Assembly (NCBI GenBank): GCA_964106645.2
Contig: OZ067045.1
Origin: Podarcis pityusensis
Taxonomy: Eukaryota
DNA length: 64,000 nucleotides
Strand: one strand, 5' to 3'
Made by a program: the position numbers and the translations under genes. This document shows, piece after piece, positions 59,435 to 64,000 of this stretch. How positions within the stretch are numbered: the stretch's first letter is position 1; each line of letters begins with the position of its first letter. The notes under the pieces are model-generated. The model searched no databases. It saw only the letters and a program-made list of their open reading frames with translations, and was not told the DNA's origin.

Positions 59435-62400
59435 CTAACATTCCTTAATTTTGCAGTGTTTCTGAAGATAGTCTTTGAATTTCTTCCAGTCTTCCTCCAT
59501 CGACTCTTCTCCCTGGTCACGGATTCTACCAGTCATTTCAGCCAGTTCCATATAGTCCATAAGTTTCATCTGCCATTCCTCCAGCGTGGGAAGTTCTTGT
59601 GTCTTCCAATACTTTGCGATAAGTATTCTTGCTGCTGTTGTTGTTGCATACATAAAGAAAGTTCTATCCTTTTTTAACACCATTTGGCCGACTATGCCCA
59701 GGAGAAAGGCCTCTGGTTTCTTAGGGAAGGTATATTTAAATACCTTTTTTAATTCATTATATATCATTTCCCAGAAAGCCTTAATCTTTGGGCACGTCCA
59801 CCAAAGGTGAAAAAATGTACCTTCAATTTCTTTACATTTCCAACATTTGTTATCGGGCAAGTGATAGATTTTCGCAAGCTTGACTGGGGTTATGTACCAC
59901 CTGTATATCATTTTCATAATATTCTCTCTTAAGGCATTACATGCCGTAAATTTCATACCTGTGGTCCACAACTGTTCCCAGTCAGCAAACATAATGTTAT
60001 GTCCTACGTCCTGTGCCCATTTAATCATAGCCGATTTTACCGTTTCATCTTGAGTATTCCATTTCAGCAGCAAGTTATACATTCTTGACAAATTCTTAGT
60101 ATTGGGTTCTAACAATTCTGTTTCTAATTTTGATTTTTCCACCTGGAAGCCAATTTTCCTGTCCAATTTAAATACCTCCATTATTTGACAATAATGAAGC
60201 CAGTCTCGCACTTTGTTTTTTAGTTTTTCAAAACTCTGCAATTTCAGTCTATCTCCGTCTTGTTCCAAAATTTCCCAATATTTCGGCCATTTGACCTCCA
60301 TATTGACCCTTTTCAAGGCTTTCGCTTCCATTGGTGACAGCCACCTTGGGGTTTTATTTTCTAGCAAATCCTTATATCTTATCCAAACATTAAATAGCGC
60401 TTTCCTGACAATGTGGTTTTTAAATGCTTTGTGTGCTTTGACCTTATCATACCATAAATATGCATGCCATCCAAATACATTATTAAAACCTTCCAAGTCC
60501 AAAATGTCAGTGTTTTCAAGAAGTAGCCATTCTTTCAACCAGCAAAAAGCTGCTGATTCATAATAAAGTTTGAGGTCTGGCAGGGCAAATCCACCTCTTT
60601 CCTTTGCATCTGTTAGTATTTTAAATTTTATTCTGGGTTTCTTGCCCTGCCAGACAAATTTAGAAATATCTTTCTGCCACCTCTTGAAACAGTCCATTTT
60701 GTCCACAATCTGCAAAGTTTGAAACAAAAACAACATTCTAGGCAATACATTCATTTTTATCGCAGCAATACGGCCTAGCAGTGAAAGCTTCAAATTTGAC
60801 CAAATTTCTAAATCTTTTTTCACTTCTGACCAACATTTTTCATAGTTATCCTTAAATAAGTTCCCATTTTTTGCTGTCATGTTAATCCCCAGGTATTTAA
60901 CTTTCTTAACCACTGTTAAACCTGTCTCATTCTGAAACCTCTCTCTTTCAAACGGTGTTAAGTTTTTCTCTAGAACCTTGGTTTTTAATTTGTTCAATTT
61001 AAATCCTGCCACTTGACCAAATTCTTGAATCAGTTCTAAAACTCTTTTAGTACTAGATTCTGGCTCTTGTAACGTCAATACTAAGTCATCTGCAAATGCT
61101 CTCAATTTATAGTGTTTAGTTCCGACCTGTATACCTTTAACCATCTGGTCCCTTCTAATCATATTCAGCAACACCTCCAGGACCGAAATAAAAAGAAGAG
61201 GGGAAATTGGGCAACCTTGTCGTGTCCCTTTTTCAATTTTAAGTTCTTCCGTCACAACGTTATTTACAATTAGTTTAGCCTTTTGTTCTGAATAAATTGC
61301 ACTTATACCATTCTCAAAACCTTGGCCTACCCCCATACCCTGAAGATTCTTCTTCATAAAATTCCAAGAAATATTGTCAAAGGCTTTCTCCGCGTCTACG
61401 AATATCAACACTGCTTTAGTGTTTATATTCACTTCTAGTTTTTCCAAAATATCAATTATATTCCTCAAATTATCAGACAAATGTCTTCCTGGGAGAAAGC
61501 CCGCTTGGTCTTTATGAATCTCTTCCAACAGCACTTTTTAAAATCTCTTCGCCAAAATATCTGCAAAAATTTTGTAATCCACATTGAGTAATGATATAGG
61601 GCGGTAGTTCTTTAGTTGTGTCTTTTCAGCCTCTGGTTTTGGTACAAGTGTAATATATGCTTCTTTCCACGACTCTGGTGCCCTCCTCCCCTCCATTATT
61701 TCGTTACAGACCTCTTTCAATGGTTGAATTAGCCATTCTTTTAAAGATCTGTAGTATCTAGAGGTCAAGCCATCTGGTCCTGGAGATTTACCCAGTTGCA
61801 TGTTTTGAATGGCACCTTCTATTTCCTGTTCCGTTATTCTGTCATTCAAAATTAGTCTCTTTTCTTGAGATATTTTTTGTAGTCCATTTGTTTTCAAAAA
61901 TTGGTCTAAGTCTGTTTCTTTCACTGGCCCTTGAGTGTATAGTCTTTTAAAATACTTCTGGAAACAACTTCTAATCTCTGCAGGGTTCTGTATATTCCTT
62001 CCTTCCACTTCTAAATTCGTAATCGTATTTAATTTTTGTCTCTTTTTCATTTGCCATGCCAACAATTTACCACATTTATTGGCCGATTCAAAAGTCTTTT
62101 GTCTCATTTGTTTAATTTTCCATTCTATTTCCTGATTCATTATTTTCATATATTGTACTTGATATAACTTTAACTCTCTCAAGATCTCTTGAGATTTGGG
62201 ATTTACTCGCAATCTTTTTTCACATTCATTCATTTTGTTCATAATTTTATCCTTCTTCTCATTTTGAGTTCTTTTCTTTATCGCATTCTGTTGTATTAAG
62301 AACCCTCTCATAACAGCTTTACTTGCATCCCAGATTACTCTTTTCTCCATGTTGGAACTAAGATTTATCTCTAAGTAGTCTCTTAGAGTTTTTTGGGCCT

Positions 62401-63175
62401 TCTTAAGAAATTCTTCATCTCTAAATAAGGTGTCATTCATCTTCCATCTGAAGGAGCCAGTTGGTATTAGTCTCATTTCCATCTTAACAACGTTATGGTC
62501 GGAGCAAATTTTCGGGCAGATTTCCACCTTTCTTGTCTTTGGTGCCATTCCTCTAGTTATCCAAATTTGGTCAATTCTTGTCCAAGTCATTTTGGCTTCA
62601 GAAAAGAAAGTTCCCTCTTTTGCCAAGGGGTTTCTAATTCTCCAAATATCCACTAAGTCCAAGTTGTCTGTCATGTCAAAAAAGGTTTTCGGTAGTCTAC
62701 CATCTTTGGTGACTACCTGTCTTTGTGCCTTGTCCATGTAAGTAGATACCACTCCATTCATATCTCCCATCAAAATTATGTTGTAATCCATATGGTCCAT
62801 CAAGGTCTCATGCAACTTCTTAAAAAAATCAGATTTCCCGTCATTTGGTGCGTAAACTCCTACAATCAAAAATTTTTCTCCTTGTGTTTGAATTTCAATT
62901 GCCACAAATCTTCCTTGGTCATCCTTAAAAACAAATTTTGGTGATAAATTGTCTTTTGCGTAAATCACAACCCCTCTCTTTTTAACTTTATCTGACGAAA
63001 TAAATTCCTGACCAAGTCTTTTATTTATCAACAATTTCCTGTGTAATCTTGTTATATGTGTTTCTTGTAAGCAAATTAGGTCTAATTGTTCCTTTTTTAA
63101 TATATGAAATACTGACTTCCTCTTCTGAGGGGAATTCAAACCCCGGCAGTTCCATGTTAAAAGTTGCAGGGCCAT
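59435..63175 (-). CDS. L1 ORF2p (APE endonuclease, reverse transcriptase, CCHC knuckle); one in-frame TAA at 61538-61540
   Basis: EN: TWNCRGLN, LQETH, VYAPN, GDMN, RID, SDH; RT: DAEKAFD, GTRQGCPISPLLF, FADD, KYLGI; CWKC..H....C. The 545-aa and 699-aa ORFs are in the same frame. Confidence 0.95.
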
Positions 63176-63179
63176 GATG

Positions 63180-64000
63180 TTATTGTTTTAGATCTCCTCC
63201 TACTGCACCTAGTGCCTGTTCCTCATCCGTCGGTGGTATCCCTTCTTTCGAACGGTCTTTTGGTTCCGGAAATAGTTCTTTTTGTAAGTCTTCTCCGTGG
63301 TCCCTGTAAAATTTATCTTTATCGTCTTCCGATCTTATTTTCCTCTTCTTTCCCTTGTAACTAAAAGACAGGCCTTGAGGGAGTTCCCACCTGAAATCGA
63401 TGTTGTTCCTTCTCAGCAGGATAACCAGGTCTTTGTATTTTGATCTGAGATCCAGAAGATATTTCGGAATATCTTTGAATATTTCCACCGTTGTCCGATG
63501 GATTTCCAGTGTCTTCTTGAAATGTAGGCCCAAAATCTTATCCCTCTCTTCTTTTGTTCGAAAAGTAATCAGGCAGTCTCTCACCTTCTTCTCTCCTCTT
63601 CTCCCAAGTCTAAAAGTATTTACTATTCTGAAACTGTCTTTTGCCAGTTCTGGGTCCCAAAAGTCCAAAAATTCCTGCGTGAGAAATTCAGCTAAATTGT
63701 CCTTTTCCACCTCAGGTACTGATCTGACCCGAAGAGTCACTTGCTTCTCCTTCAAATCTATCATAGACAGAGTTAGTTTGTGGTCTTCCAATTGTTTATG
63801 CAGTGTTGGTAATTCCTCTTGAACCTCCTTAACATCCGTAGCAGAAATTGTAGCAATTTCTTTAGCCTCTTCAGCAATCTGGCGAATTGAGGCCGATTCC
63901 TCTAATAATTTCTGAATAGTCTCTGTATTAGTATTTACTTTTTGGCCCAAATTATTTATACTTGCTGTATTCTGGTTAATACATGCTGTATTCTGATTAA
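63180..64000 (-). CDS. L1 ORF1p (coiled coil, RRM, CTD), N-terminus outside the window
   Basis: Open to the edge (NQNTACINQNTASINNLGQK...); heptad-rich N-terminal part, TLRVRSVPE RRM entry; directly upstream of ORF2. Confidence 0.9.
   Translation of the reverse strand, partial: NQNTACINQNTASINNLGQKVNTNTETIQKLLEESASIRQIAEEAKEIATISATDVKEVQEELPTLHKQLEDHKLTLSMIDLKEKQVTLRVRSVPEVEKDNLAEFLTQEFLDFWDPELAKDSFRIVNTFRLGRRGEKKVRDCLITFRTKEERDKILGLHFKKTLEIHRTTVEIFKDIPKYLLDLRSKYKDLVILLRRNNIDFRWELPQGLSFSYKGKKRKIRSEDDKDKFYRDHGEDLQKELFPEPKDRSKEGIPPTDEEQALGAVGGDLKQ

Larger units (their letters stand above)
59020..64000 (-). mobile_element. L1-clade LINE, nearly intact, 5' end beyond the window
   Basis: A-tail (T-tract 59020-59034), AATAAA (59043-59048), ~400-bp 3' UTR, ORF2, 4-nt spacer, ORF1 open to the window edge. 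Confidence 0.97.

Noticed and set aside
59435-63175. Two separate genes (545 aa and 699 aa) or a programmed frameshift
   Set aside because: They share one frame and are separated by a single TAA inside the RT N-terminal region, so this is one ORF2 with a nonsense codon.

Overview
This is non-microbial, repeat-rich vertebrate DNA, almost certainly from a squamate reptile and probably a lacertid lizard. That call rests on a full Sauria SINE, squamate-type tRNA SINEs, CR1/L2 remnants, an L1-clade LINE and abundant hAT, Harbinger-like and Tc1/mariner MITEs. The window is mostly non-coding. One candidate first coding exon of an unidentified + strand host gene lies at ~18.5-18.8 kb (ATG 18771, MLEMKTWSTLLQSL, phase-1 GTGAGT donor). 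It is followed by what looks like a >45 kb intron containing several TE-free, homeodomain-site-rich blocks. The only substantial protein-coding sequence is retrotransposon-derived: (i) a nearly intact L1 on the - strand (59.0 kb to the window edge; ORF1 plus ORF2 with one in-frame stop); (ii) a 2.3 kb internally deleted relative of that L1 (28.06-30.36 kb) that keeps the whole 5' UTR/promoter, part of ORF1, the last 59 ORF2 codons, the 3' UTR, an A-tail and a perfect 19-bp TSD; (iii) a young 5'-truncated CR1 (40.7-41.8 kb) ending in a perfect 30-bp fold-back inversion. The best candidate for something undescribed is the bipartite L1 derivative as a possible non-autonomous family. One copy cannot prove that. 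Most six-frame ORFs are chance ORFs. TE family labels come from recognised structure and motifs, not from a database search.
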